This document shows positions 1 through 8,764 of a stretch of DNA of 64,000 nucleotides, piece by piece (the stretch's first letter is position 1; each line of letters opens with the position of its first letter). Under the pieces are notes generated by a model. The model saw nothing but the letters and a program-made list of their open reading frames with translations, had not been told where the DNA came from and did no database searches. Source of the DNA: Minisyncoccota bacterium (lineage in GTDB: Bacteria; Patescibacteriota; Microgenomatia; UBA1400; PJMF01); assembly GCA_009885085.1 (NCBI GenBank), contig VFLK01000009.1, positions 3,810 to 67,809 of the forward strand, written 5' to 3'. The position numbers and the translations under genes were made by a program.

Positions 1-312
1 CATTAACCAATTGGTTTCAAAGAAAAAGTTTTTGATGACAGAATGTAAAAGAAAGCCAACAATTGCGGTTGGAATGAAAGATAAAATTAATTTTTTGATT
101 AATGACCAATCGGAAATCAATTCTTTTCCATAAATAGAGAGGACAGCAAGGATTGCGCCGGCTTGAATAAAAACTTCAAAAAGCTTGAGAAATTCAGTGT
201 TTTCTAGGCGAAATATTTGACTAGTGAAAATTAAATGAAAAGTTGAGGAAACTGGAAGAAATTCCGTAAGTCCTTCAATAATTCCGAGGATAAGTGATTG
301 CCAAATTTGCAT
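1..312 (-). CDS. uppP: Undecaprenyl-diphosphatase (UppP/BacA), partial; the gene runs off the window start
   Basis: Reverse translation from the ATG at 312-310 gives [28 protein letters not shown]..., the classic UppP N-terminal [12 protein letters not shown](G/F)H motif, and stays open to position 1. Confidence 0.75.
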   Translation of the reverse strand, partial: MQIWQSLILGIIEGLTEFLPVSSTFHLIFTSQIFRLENTEFLKLFEVFIQAGAILAVLSIYGKELISDWSLIKKLILSFIPTAIVGFLLHSVIKNFFFETNWLM

Positions 313-405
313 ATTCTAGATGATTATATGAGAAATCTAATGAATGTGATATGGGAAAAGTTTTGAAGATGAGTGTTTCTTTGTTTCAAATTAACTACTT
401 CATCA

Positions 406-434
406 TTGACAACTACTTCATATACTTGTAGTAT
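406..434 (+). promoter_or_regulatory. Candidate sigma70-like promoter (TTGACA-17-TAGTAT) upstream of the yggT-like gene
   Basis: TTGACA at 406-411, a 17-nt spacer, then TAGTAT at 429-434; about 107 nt upstream of the ATG at 541. Confidence 0.35.
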
Positions 435-540
435 TGTAAGTGTGACAACTATTGATACAGAATAACTCCTTCTCTAGACAAATCAATTTTTATTCAATAT
501 ATACCTATAGAAATAATAATAAAGAAAGCGAGAATCCATT

Positions 541-930
541 ATGAGTGAATTAATTATAACTAAGAAAGTGCAGCCTCAAGTTAGAGGAGAAGCCCCTCAA
601 AAAGTTTATGAAAAGAAAAAGGGAATTATTAGATCTAATCAAGTAATTTGGTATATTTTGGGTCTAATAGAAGTATTGTTGTCTTTTAGATTTCTTATGA
701 AGGCGCTGGGAGCAAGTACCGCATCAGGATTTACTAGTTTCATTTACGGAATTACTACTCCGCTAACATTGCCATTTAATGGTATTTTGCGAGGGTTTTC
801 ATTTGGAAATTCCATTTTTGAATGGTCAACAGTTATTGCTGGAGCGGTTTACTTATGTGTTGCTTGGGGACTTGTGTATCTTTTGGAATTAATTTACCCA
901 ATTTCACCTAATGATGTAGAAACAGAGTAA
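541..930 (+). CDS. YggT-family integral membrane protein
   Basis: 129 aa with several TM helices; a TPLTLPFNGILRGF stretch resembles the YggT/YlmG conserved core (EP.L.P.R.. motif region). Confidence 0.55.
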   Translation: MSELIITKKVQPQVRGEAPQKVYEKKKGIIRSNQVIWYILGLIEVLLSFRFLMKALGASTASGFTSFIYGITTPLTLPFNGILRGFSFGNSIFEWSTVIAGAVYLCVAWGLVYLLELIYPISPNDVETE

Positions 931-1041
931 TTTAATTTCTGCAATTTATTAACATATTAAGGCTATATAACGAAAATAATACAAACAAAAGAAGATAGAA
1001 TTTTAGAAAAAAAGATATCTGACAAGATAAAAGTTGAAAAC

Positions 1042-1437
1042 TTGGTTAAAAAATCTAACAGAATTTTATACAGTATTTCTTCTCATTATTTTCCGATTGA
1101 TTTATTTCCAAATACGTTGGTAATTGAGGAAGGAAGGGTTAATATTGTTACAAGACAACTTTTTTCCTCGCAGGTTTACAGTGTGGATATTAGAAACATA
1201 TCAAATGTATTGATTAATACAACGTTTTTTTTCTCTCAGCTAGTGATAGTTTCTAAAACTTTTGAAGAAAATGAAATTGAGATTCAATATTTGAGAAAAA
1301 GTGAAGCAATTTTTGCTAGAAGAATTATTGAGGGTTTGAGAACCTTTGAAAATCAGAATATAACAACTTCTTCCTATACCAAAAAAGAATTACTTCTCAA
1401 ACTTCAACAGCTAAGTACAACAGAAATTGTTTTATAG
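1042..1437 (+). CDS. Hypothetical protein (possibly bacterial PH-domain-like); the ORF begins with TTG, so the real start is uncertain
   Basis: 131-aa ORF in a gap between confident genes; no recognisable catalytic motif. Confidence 0.3.
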   Translation: MVKKSNRILYSISSHYFPIDLFPNTLVIEEGRVNIVTRQLFSSQVYSVDIRNISNVLINTTFFFSQLVIVSKTFEENEIEIQYLRKSEAIFARRIIEGLRTFENQNITTSSYTKKELLLKLQQLSTTEIVL

Positions 1438-1463
1438 ATTTGTAATAAAAATAACAGAAAGAA

Positions 1464-1712
1464 GTGAGTATGAACATATTAATATGGATAATATTTGGAG
1501 CATTAGCCGGATGGTTGGCTAGTGTTTTTATGAAGAGCAATCAAAGTACATTGGAAGATATAGTTCTCGGGATAGTCGGAGCATTTGTGGGTGGAATTGT
1601 GATGAACTTTTTTGGTCAAGCTGGGGTAACTGGATTTAATCTTCGCAGCATTGTTGTTGCATCATTAGGAGCAGCAGTCATTATTTTAATTGCTAGAGCT
1701 CTACGTAGATAA
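1464..1712 (+). CDS. GlsB/YeaQ/YmgE-family (transglycosylase-associated) small membrane protein
   Basis: 82 aa; WIIFGALAGWLASVFMK...GIVGAFVGGIVMNFFG is the hallmark double-helix motif of this family. Confidence 0.85.
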   Translation: MSMNILIWIIFGALAGWLASVFMKSNQSTLEDIVLGIVGAFVGGIVMNFFGQAGVTGFNLRSIVVASLGAAVIILIARALRR

Positions 1713-1724
1713 AAATATAAGGAG

Positions 1725-2075
1725 TTGAATATGTTAATTTTAATTTTCTTATTATTAGTTGGAGCCGGCTTTACATTTTTGTCTTTGCAAAATACAGCTA
1801 TCGTTTCTTTGAATTTTTTGAATTATAATTTTCCAAATTTGCCAATTAATTATGTAATCATTGGATCAATACTTTTTGGAGTTGTTTTGGCATACTTTAT
1901 CAGTTTCGTAAATTCAATTTCCACTTCGATGAAAATTCGTGGCCAGAATAACCAGTTAAAGCAAGAAAAAAAAGAAGTCGTTGAACTTACGAAGAGGGTT
2001 CATCAGCTTGAATTAGAAAATGTTGGATTAAAAATCGAAAATTATCCTGACGATACAGATCAGAACGCATTATGA
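1725..2075 (+). CDS. LapA-domain (DUF1049-like) inner-membrane protein with a C-terminal coiled coil
   Basis: Two N-terminal TM helices (LILIFLLLVGAGFTFLSLQN...IIGSILFGVVLAYFISF) followed by a charged coiled-coil tail; the ATGA overlap with the next gene suggests coupling. Confidence 0.55.
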   Translation: MNMLILIFLLLVGAGFTFLSLQNTAIVSLNFLNYNFPNLPINYVIIGSILFGVVLAYFISFVNSISTSMKIRGQNNQLKQEKKEVVELTKRVHQLELENVGLKIENYPDDTDQNAL

Positions 2076-2530
2076 AACTTATAATGGCTAAGGTCTGGAA
2101 GTTCTTGCACTTACCAAAGAATATACAGCTTTTTTTGATGAGAATATTTCAAGATGTATTTTTGATTGGTGTCACAGGAATAATTTTTAATGATGATAAT
2201 GAAATTCTAGTTTTTAAACATGTCTATCGTACGCATTCCTGGAGTTTGCCAGGTGGATATATTAAATCTGGAGAACACCCTCAGGAGGGAATTGAACGCG
2301 AAATATTTGAGGAATCTGGATTGGTTGTTAGCGCAGACGAGCTGCTAAAAACAAGAACTGATCGAACTTCAGCGCGATTGGATTTGTGTTTTGTGGGTAA
2401 GTTTATAGGTGGTGATTTCAAACCAACCCATGAAGTTACAGAGTATGGTTTTTACACTTTAGAAAATCTTCCCCTTTTACGAACAAATCAATTATTTTTG
2501 ATCGACCAAGCCTTAAAGCAAAGAAAATAA
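2072..2530 (+). CDS. NUDIX hydrolase
   Basis: Nudix box SLPGGYIKSGEHPQEGIEREIFEESGL (GX5EX7REUXEEXGU). Confidence 0.8.
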   Translation: MKLIMAKVWKFLHLPKNIQLFLMRIFQDVFLIGVTGIIFNDDNEILVFKHVYRTHSWSLPGGYIKSGEHPQEGIEREIFEESGLVVSADELLKTRTDRTSARLDLCFVGKFIGGDFKPTHEVTEYGFYTLENLPLLRTNQLFLIDQALKQRK

Positions 2531-2682
2531 ATTATTCCCAATAATTATAATAATTTTGTTAATTCAATTTTAGAAGGAACTCATTTTGAAAATTACTATT
2601 TGACGATGGCAGATTTAACTGTCCATAGCTCATCAAAAGGATTTATACTTAGCATATCGATATCATAAATTTAGAAAATGGT

Positions 2683-2692
2683 AAGGAGGAGG
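2683..2692 (+). promoter_or_regulatory. Strong Shine-Dalgarno (AAGGAGGAGG) for the DUF4256 gene
   Basis: aaggaggagg lies 8 nt upstream of the ATG at 2700. Confidence 0.6.
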
Positions 2693-2699
2693 CAAAACA

Positions 2700-3273
2700 A
2701 TGTTAAACAGTAAACTTAAACATAATTTAACTTTGAGACAAGCTGAAGAATTACTTCAAATATGTAAGGTTCGTTTTGAGGGAAATATGAGTCGTCATAA
2801 TGGTCTCTTTTGGTATAAAGTACAAGAAAAACTAGAAGCCAGTCCTGATAAGCTTTGGTCATTGAATGAAATGGAAAAAACCGGTGGTGAACCCGATGTT
2901 GTCGGTTTTGATAAAAAAAACGGCCAATACATTATTTTTTGATTGCACTGCTGAGACCCCACTTGGTCGCAGAAATCTTTGTTACGACCAGGAAGCATTA
3001 GATTCTAGAAAAAAATTTAAACCAAAAGACAGCGCAATTAATATAGCAGCCAACATGGGAGTTGAGCTTTTGACCGAAGAGCAATATCGAGATTTGCAGA
3101 AGCTTGGAAAGTTTGATCAAAAAACTTCGAGCTGGCTTAAAACCCCTTTAGAAATCAGAAAATTAGGTGGCGCTATTTTTGCTGACCGTCGCTATGATCA
3201 TGTTTTTATTCATCATAATGGTGCAGATTCTTATTATGGTGTTAGAGGATTTAGAGCTTCTTTAATAGTCTAA
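2700..3273 (+). pseudogene. DUF4256-family protein disrupted by a +1 frameshift in a homopolymer (T6 at 2935-2940, or A8 at 2913-2920)
   Basis: ORF 2700-2942 ends ...NGQYIIF* and ORF 2866-3273 continues FDCTAETPLGRRNLCYDQEAL...; removing one T restores YIIFDCTAE, which is a single DUF4256-like protein (~190 aa). Confidence 0.6.
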
Positions 3274-3449
3274 ATTTATGATTAATCACGATGCTTGGTT
3301 ATCAGCTCCTGATCCCGTTCCAACTGCTGAAAAATATTTCTTTTCAAATTTGGGAAACTTTGAATTGAGGGATGATTTCGATACGATCAATTTGCATATA
3401 AATAAAACTCTAAAACTTTTAAGTTATTGTAGTTTACAATACATTTAAG

Positions 3450-3743
3450 ATGCTGAAAAAATATTTTAAATATATTAAAGATAATCCCCATAATTATTGG
3501 TTCAAAGCTAAGCTTTATGGATATGGATGGACTCCGGTTAAGTGGCGGGGATGGCTAGTGCTTTCTATATTTTTATTGTTTATCTTATGGAACGCATCGA
3601 CCTTGCCAATAAGTGAATCTGTCAATGAAGATGCGGTTCTGGTTTGGTTTTTGGTAAAAACTTTTAGTGCAGTTTTAATTTTAGTGTGGATCTGTTACTT
3701 AAAAGGTGAGAAACCTAGATGGAGATGGGGTTTGCCAAAATGA
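3450..3743 (+). CDS. Hypothetical 2-TM small membrane protein
   Basis: 97 aa, Lys-rich N-terminus, two hydrophobic helices, Trp-rich C-terminus. Confidence 0.35.
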   Translation: MLKKYFKYIKDNPHNYWFKAKLYGYGWTPVKWRGWLVLSIFLLFILWNASTLPISESVNEDAVLVWFLVKTFSAVLILVWICYLKGEKPRWRWGLPK

Positions 3744-3761
3744 AAATATTGAGAAAATAAT

Positions 3762-5000
3762 TTATTTGATTAGAATTGTTGCCAAACCTAAGAACGTTAC
3801 AAACCCAAAAACATCTGTTGCTGTAGTAATAAAGATTGTAGCCGATGATGCCGGATCTTTTCCTAATTTTTTCATGACAACAGGTACGATTGTTCCAAAA
3901 GTTGAAGAAACAATCAAATTTACAATCATAGCTATGGCGAGAATAATGGCAACTAATATGTCATGATTTAACAGCGTAACAACAACTGCGACAATCAGGC
4001 CATTAATTAGGCCGTTGGTAGCGCCACTTATAATTTCATTTTTCAAGGCGTGAAGTACCATTTTTAAATTTAGCTCAGTATTTGAAAGACTCCTAATCAT
4101 GACTGCCAGTGTTTGAGTGCCAGAATTACCGCCCATGCCAGCAACTATTGGCATATAGACAGCTAATAAAACGTTTTTGGCAATGACATCTGAAAATGAT
4201 TTGACAACAAATGAAGCCAAAAATGCTGTTGCTAAGTTGATCATCAGCCATTTATATCGAAATTTAATTTTTTTTGGAGCAGAATCAAATACAGTTTCCT
4301 CTTCGCTGACTCCGGCAAAGTTATAAAGGGTGGCAGATGATTGTTCTCCTATCAAACCTAAAATATCTTCAGAATAAATTATTCCGACAACTGCATCATT
4401 TTCATTTAAGACCACTACTTTGTTGTATGCATTTTGTTTAAAAAGTTTAATGACCTTATTATATTCAGAAGAGTGGCGAATAACATTAATTTTTTTAACA
4501 TATTCTTTTATTTTTTTGGATTTATTAGCAAGTGCAATTGATGAAAATGAGAGATATCCTGTTAACTTGCCCTCGGTCATTACTAGAATTGTTGGGAGTT
4601 TTCCAGTGCGCTTTTCATTCACTTTTAATTGTTCAATTACATCAGAGATTGTAGCATCACCATCGACTTGGATGTAATTTAAATTCATTAATCCCGCGGC
4701 AGTTTTTGGATCAAATTTAAGAAGTGTGGAAACACTTTGCTGATAATATTCGCTTAGTTGAGTGATCAACAGATCCTGTCTTTTTTTAGGAAGATAACGC
4801 AAAATGTTAGTTACGTCATCCGGATCAAGAAATTCTAGAAACGCAGAAATTTCTGGATCTTGCAGTTGTAAGATAAGCTGTTTTTGAACTCTTTTGGAAA
4901 GCTGGTTAATTGTCAGTGCTTGTTCTTTTGGAACTAGAGCTAAAAATAGATCGACTCTACTTTTGGAATTGTATGAAATATCGTGAACTGTAGATGACAT
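3762..5000 (-). CDS. mgtE: Magnesium transporter MgtE
   Basis: 412 aa with an MgtE N-domain, tandem CBS region and C-terminal 5-TM domain carrying the GGNSGTQTLAVMIRSLS motif. Confidence 0.9.
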   Translation of the reverse strand: MSSTVHDISYNSKSRVDLFLALVPKEQALTINQLSKRVQKQLILQLQDPEISAFLEFLDPDDVTNILRYLPKKRQDLLITQLSEYYQQSVSTLLKFDPKTAAGLMNLNYIQVDGDATISDVIEQLKVNEKRTGKLPTILVMTEGKLTGYLSFSSIALANKSKKIKEYVKKINVIRHSSEYNKVIKLFKQNAYNKVVVLNENDAVVGIIYSEDILGLIGEQSSATLYNFAGVSEEETVFDSAPKKIKFRYKWLMINLATAFLASFVVKSFSDVIAKNVLLAVYMPIVAGMGGNSGTQTLAVMIRSLSNTELNLKMVLHALKNEIISGATNGLINGLIVAVVVTLLNHDILVAIILAIAMIVNLIVSSTFGTIVPVVMKKLGKDPASSATIFITTATDVFGFVTFLGLATILIK

Positions 5001-5098
5001 AGTTACATCTGATTATAATCACTTAAAAATGAAGTTACTACAGCAACTACGTTAGTAATGTTTTTGATTATTATTGACTGCTAGCTGTTTATTGGTAT

Positions 5099-6004
5099 TT
5101 ATTTGCTAATTCTCGCAAACATCCCAGTAGACAATAATCTGTCAGAATTTGCTTGCTCCAAAAATAGCTCTCCGGACTCAATTTTATAGTCTGATTTTGC
5201 TATAACATTACTTATAATTATATCTTCTAGCATTTCGCCCAATCTATCTGCGGAAATAGAAACTGCATAAGCATTTACCAAAACAAAAAGTGGATTTTCA
5301 ACTAAAATTTGACTACACAATTCTAATAACTGCGGAAATAAAGATTTAAAATTCCAAATTTCACCATTTGTTCCGTGTCCATATGCCGGTGGATCCATAA
5401 TAATACCGTCATATTTAACACCTCTTTTTATTTCCCGCTTCACAAACTTTACAACGTCATCAAGAATCCATCTGATTGATCTTTCATCAAGTCCTGAAGC
5501 TAATTGATTTTGTTTAGCCCAACCAATTGACGATCTAGAAGAATCAACATGAGTAATTTTTGCACCCATTTTTGCACACACGACACTTGCCATTCCTGTG
5601 TAAGCAAACAGATTTAAAATGTGAGGCTGGTACTCAGGATTTTGTTTTTTTTGTTCAGCTAAAATATTTTTAATCCAACTCCAATTAGCGCTTTGTTCTG
5701 GAAATACACCAGTATGTTTAAACGGAGAAAGGTGCACTGTTGAAACCAAATCTTGCCAAGTCATTTTCCATGATTCTGGTAGCGGTTTATTAGTTTTCCA
5801 ATAACCTTTGTCACCTTTAGTTCTTATAAAAATTGCATCAGCCTTGTCCCAAATTTCTTGGGGTTGGGATTTTGACCAAGTTATTTCAGGGTATGGGCGT
5901 TCTAGAATAATATTGCCAAATCTTTCGAGTCTACTACCATCTCCGGTGTCAATTAATTCGTAGTCATCCCAGGCTATTTGCTTTTTAATTATAGATTGAT
6001 TCAT
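5099..6004 (-). CDS. Class I SAM-dependent methyltransferase (DPPAY-type, rRNA m2G/RlmI-like family)
   Basis: SAM-binding LNLFAYTGMASV...ITHVDSS and a DPPAYG motif (IIMDPPAYGHG). Confidence 0.7.
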   Translation of the reverse strand: MNQSIIKKQIAWDDYELIDTGDGSRLERFGNIILERPYPEITWSKSQPQEIWDKADAIFIRTKGDKGYWKTNKPLPESWKMTWQDLVSTVHLSPFKHTGVFPEQSANWSWIKNILAEQKKQNPEYQPHILNLFAYTGMASVVCAKMGAKITHVDSSRSSIGWAKQNQLASGLDERSIRWILDDVVKFVKREIKRGVKYDGIIMDPPAYGHGTNGEIWNFKSLFPQLLELCSQILVENPLFVLVNAYAVSISADRLGEMLEDIIISNVIAKSDYKIESGELFLEQANSDRLLSTGMFARISK

Positions 6005-6079
6005 AGGCTAGATATTATAGCATCAGATGCAATCCTCTTTCGTAGTGACTAGCGTCAAAAAAATTGTTATATTTAATGT

Positions 6080-6232
6080 ATGAAAAAAAAGAAACTAAAT
6101 CTTCCAAAAAATCTAACTACCGTGACAACATTTTCTAAGACGTTAGCATTATTATTATTTATTGTTTTGCCAATAATTGGGTTTTACTTGGGCTATGAAT
6201 ATGCAGAGCTTAGAATTTTATCCATTTATTAA
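6080..6232 (+). CDS. Possible 50-aa single-TM small protein (missing from the ORF track, which omits ORFs under 60 aa)
   Basis: MKKKKLNLPKNLTTVTTFSKTLALLLFIVLPIIGFYLGYEYAELRILSIY* in an otherwise empty 318-bp intergenic region. Confidence 0.2.
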   Translation: MKKKKLNLPKNLTTVTTFSKTLALLLFIVLPIIGFYLGYEYAELRILSIY

Positions 6233-6322
6233 CATGGGTGAAATTCTTGTAAACTGTGATATAAATTCTGCTACCAAATTTTAAGTACTAAATTCGCGTA
6301 ATTTGATTTAATAAACATTTTT

Positions 6323-7021
6323 TTGAAAATACAAAATAAAAAGGAAAAATATATGAAAAATAAGCTCGCCTACTTAACAGCACTCATTACAATTTTGACA
6401 TTACCCGGAACAGCACATGCTGAATACAAGCAAATTGGCACAGATCAAGGAAACAATCTAGAAGGTCAGCAAGATTCAATGATGCAATATAAAATAAATG
6501 AAAATGAGATTGAATCAGACTCAGAAGACGTTGATAAAGCAGTAATAGATCCCAAAAAAAACGAATTTTTGATGATGCAATATAAAATAAATGAAAATGA
6601 GATGGAATCAGATGTAGTGGATTCTAATAAGGCTGCTGTTAATCCTAAAAAGACTCAGATTCTCAAAAATAACCCAGAGCTTGGCGATGATATCAAAACA
6701 ATGATTGAAGATCAAGAAAAATCTCAAAAAACAACAATGGAATCATTGGAGAAGATGAATAAAAGAAATAAAGCTCTAAAACTTATGATCGGTTCAGATC
6801 ATAGAAATGCGGCCAAAGTTAGAAATGAAATTAATGATTTAAGAAGGAATATTACGAAGTTAGAGAAGCTAAAAGAAACTGCCTCAGAAGCTGATGCAGA
6901 AATCTTGCAAACATCGATTGATGGGTTTAAAACAGAGGCCGACAATCTTGAAGCAAAATTAAAAGAAGAAACTTCAGGTTTCAGTTTTTTTGGTTGGCTT
7001 CCAAGAATGTTTAGTAATTAG
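6323..7021 (+). CDS. Secreted coiled-coil protein with an internal ~93-nt tandem duplication
   Basis: Signal peptide LAYLTALITILTLPGTAHA; duplicated MMQYKINENE(I/M)ESD... segment (6478-6659); charged coiled-coil C-terminus. Confidence 0.5.
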   Translation: MKIQNKKEKYMKNKLAYLTALITILTLPGTAHAEYKQIGTDQGNNLEGQQDSMMQYKINENEIESDSEDVDKAVIDPKKNEFLMMQYKINENEMESDVVDSNKAAVNPKKTQILKNNPELGDDIKTMIEDQEKSQKTTMESLEKMNKRNKALKLMIGSDHRNAAKVRNEINDLRRNITKLEKLKETASEADAEILQTSIDGFKTEADNLEAKLKEETSGFSFFGWLPRMFSN

Positions 7022-7038
7022 CATGGATTTTCATATTT

Positions 7039-7617
7039 ATGAAAACTATATATCTGGTTCGCCATGCAGAATATGAAAACCCAAATAATATTCTTGTAGG
7101 CAGACTTCCAGTAAAGCTTTCTGAAGCTGGAAAACAGCAAGCACAAAAACTTGCAACTTTTTTTAAAGACAAAAACATAGTTCAAATATACTCAAGTCCA
7201 GTGTTAAGGTGCAAACAAACTAGTGAAATAATTGCGTCTAATAAAATTCCAATTAAGCATGACCTGAGACTAGCGGAAACGTTATCCGCATTTCAAGGAT
7301 ATTGGGAGTTCAATTGGGATTACTTTTTTAAACATGTTGATGAGCTTGGTGGTGAGACACCTGAAGATATTTATAAAAGAATGTTAAGTTTTTGGGACGA
7401 GCTTGATAAAAAAAGTGATGGAGATATAATTATCTGCTCGCACGGTGATCCCTTATATTTACTTTATGCAAATTTAGCTGGAATTCCATTGCCAACCATT
7501 AGAGAAATTTATCAAATACCAGAGGAAAGATATCAACCAAAAGCTTCAATTAGAACAATATTCCTAGATACACTAGAAAATGATAAAGTTTCGATTGGGC
7601 CAATTATCAATCTATAG
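7039..7617 (+). CDS. Histidine phosphatase family protein (phosphoglycerate-mutase-like)
   Basis: RHG-type motif IYLVRHAEYEN and the second catalytic His in CSHGDPL. Confidence 0.8.
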   Translation: MKTIYLVRHAEYENPNNILVGRLPVKLSEAGKQQAQKLATFFKDKNIVQIYSSPVLRCKQTSEIIASNKIPIKHDLRLAETLSAFQGYWEFNWDYFFKHVDELGGETPEDIYKRMLSFWDELDKKSDGDIIICSHGDPLYLLYANLAGIPLPTIREIYQIPEERYQPKASIRTIFLDTLENDKVSIGPIINL

Positions 7618-8287
7618 ATTCTGAGGTTTTAGAGACTTTTGCTTTTGGAGCTTTTTTGGCTTTTGCTTTTTTCTTTTCGACCTTTGCTGGAGCAACTTCA
7701 TCATTTATCTCTTTAGTCACTTCTACAGCAGGAGCAATTTCTTTGGTAGATTTTGGTTTTTTGGCCATTACTTTTTCTGTAATGACTTTTATTTCGTTTA
7801 ATTCAGCAACATCAGCTCTAGAATTCAAGAATTTGAAAATTTTATCTAACTTTGAGTTAATAATCTCAAATTGTTTGTTGTAGTTTTCTTGAGGTCTAGC
7901 TGTTGGAGGAGAGAAACTTCTTTTGTTAGGTGAAAAACTAGGTCTTCTGGAATTACCGTCGCTATTTCCGCCACCGTTGCCTCTTTTTTCAAAACAATTA
8001 CTACAATAAACAGGTTTTCCTGAGCTAGGCATGAAAGGAACTTTGCAATTTCCACCACAATCTGCACAAACTGCGTCATGCATTTGAGCTGGCCCAGAAT
8101 TTTGTGAACCAAAACGAGGTCTATCTGAACCACGTCTGTCAGAACCTCTACTGTCAAAACCACGACTTTCGGATCCTCTACTATCAGAACCTCTGCGATC
8201 GGATCTTTGTCCTCCCTGTGGTTTTCTAAATTTATTTGTGTCGTTGTTGTAATTATTCATAAGTGCATTATACCAGGTAAATGTCAT
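7607..8287 (-). CDS. CxxC-x17-CxxC zinc-ribbon protein with RG/SR-rich repeats and a Lys-rich (histone-H1-like) tail
   Basis: CADCGGNCKVPFMPSSGKPVYCSNCF has exactly 17 residues between the CxxC pairs; an RGSDSRGSESRGFDSRGSDRRGSD low-complexity region; C-terminal KKKAKAKKAPKAK. Confidence 0.6.
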   Translation of the reverse strand: MTFTWYNALMNNYNNDTNKFRKPQGGQRSDRRGSDSRGSESRGFDSRGSDRRGSDRPRFGSQNSGPAQMHDAVCADCGGNCKVPFMPSSGKPVYCSNCFEKRGNGGGNSDGNSRRPSFSPNKRSFSPPTARPQENYNKQFEIINSKLDKIFKFLNSRADVAELNEIKVITEKVMAKKPKSTKEIAPAVEVTKEINDEVAPAKVEKKKAKAKKAPKAKVSKTSESID

Positions 8288-8429
8288 ATTTACTGTTCAA
8301 AAAGACAATTATTTTTTTGTTTGGCATTTAGCTTAGAGATTGATTGATTAATACTCAAATGATGAATTCAAGTAATGATTTTAAGGTTTAAATTGACTCC
8401 ATCCGATAGATCTGATAAAGTTAACGTAT

Positions 8430-8741
8430 ATGAAATTTAATCTTCGTTTGTTGTATCTATATCTTTTTTCATTTGTTGGGCTTTTGGTTACAATAATAGG
8501 AAGTATTCAAATCGTAGATTTGGTCTTAAAAACTTATATTTTTAAAGTTTCAGCTCCTCAATACTATTCATATCCAGTTATGGAAGGTGAACAGAAAATT
8601 TCTAAAGAAGAGATTGATACGAGAAACAGGCAACAAGAAAGCGATGATATTAAGCGCCAGATGAGTAATTCATTAGCAATGATTCTAGTAGGCACACCAG
8701 TTTATTTGTATCATTGGAAGACGATTAAAAAAGAGAAATAA
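8430..8741 (+). CDS. Hypothetical membrane protein
   Basis: 103 aa with N- and C-terminal TM helices. Confidence 0.35.
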   Translation: MKFNLRLLYLYLFSFVGLLVTIIGSIQIVDLVLKTYIFKVSAPQYYSYPVMEGEQKISKEEIDTRNRQQESDDIKRQMSNSLAMILVGTPVYLYHWKTIKKEK

Positions 8742-8764
8742 TTTTTGATTTAATCCCTTCGAAT

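Noticed and set aside
3706-3966. ORFs antisense to or overlapping confirmed genes (3706-3966, 4420-4677, 7656-7883, 7846-8163, 9066-9308, 11687-11932, 13704-13928, 20722-20955, 23141-23350, 24755-25006, 25412-25723, 27400-27789, 28280-28734, 30729-31220, 31950-32228, 34498-34740, 34960-35157, 35611-36137, 36250-36717, 37315-37686, 38114-38428, 41130-41402, 42233-42558, 43048-43287, 45579-45848, 49437-50221, 51971-52198, 53463-53654, 54636-54860, 56064-56255, 57424-57663, 57847-58077, 58096-59726, 60754-61095, 61991-62428, 63085-63405 and others)
   Set aside because: They lie within or opposite genes with strong family signatures (mgtE, the helicase, rpoB/C, fusA, tuf, ribosomal proteins etc.). 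They have low-complexity or AT-rich shadow-frame composition and no motifs.
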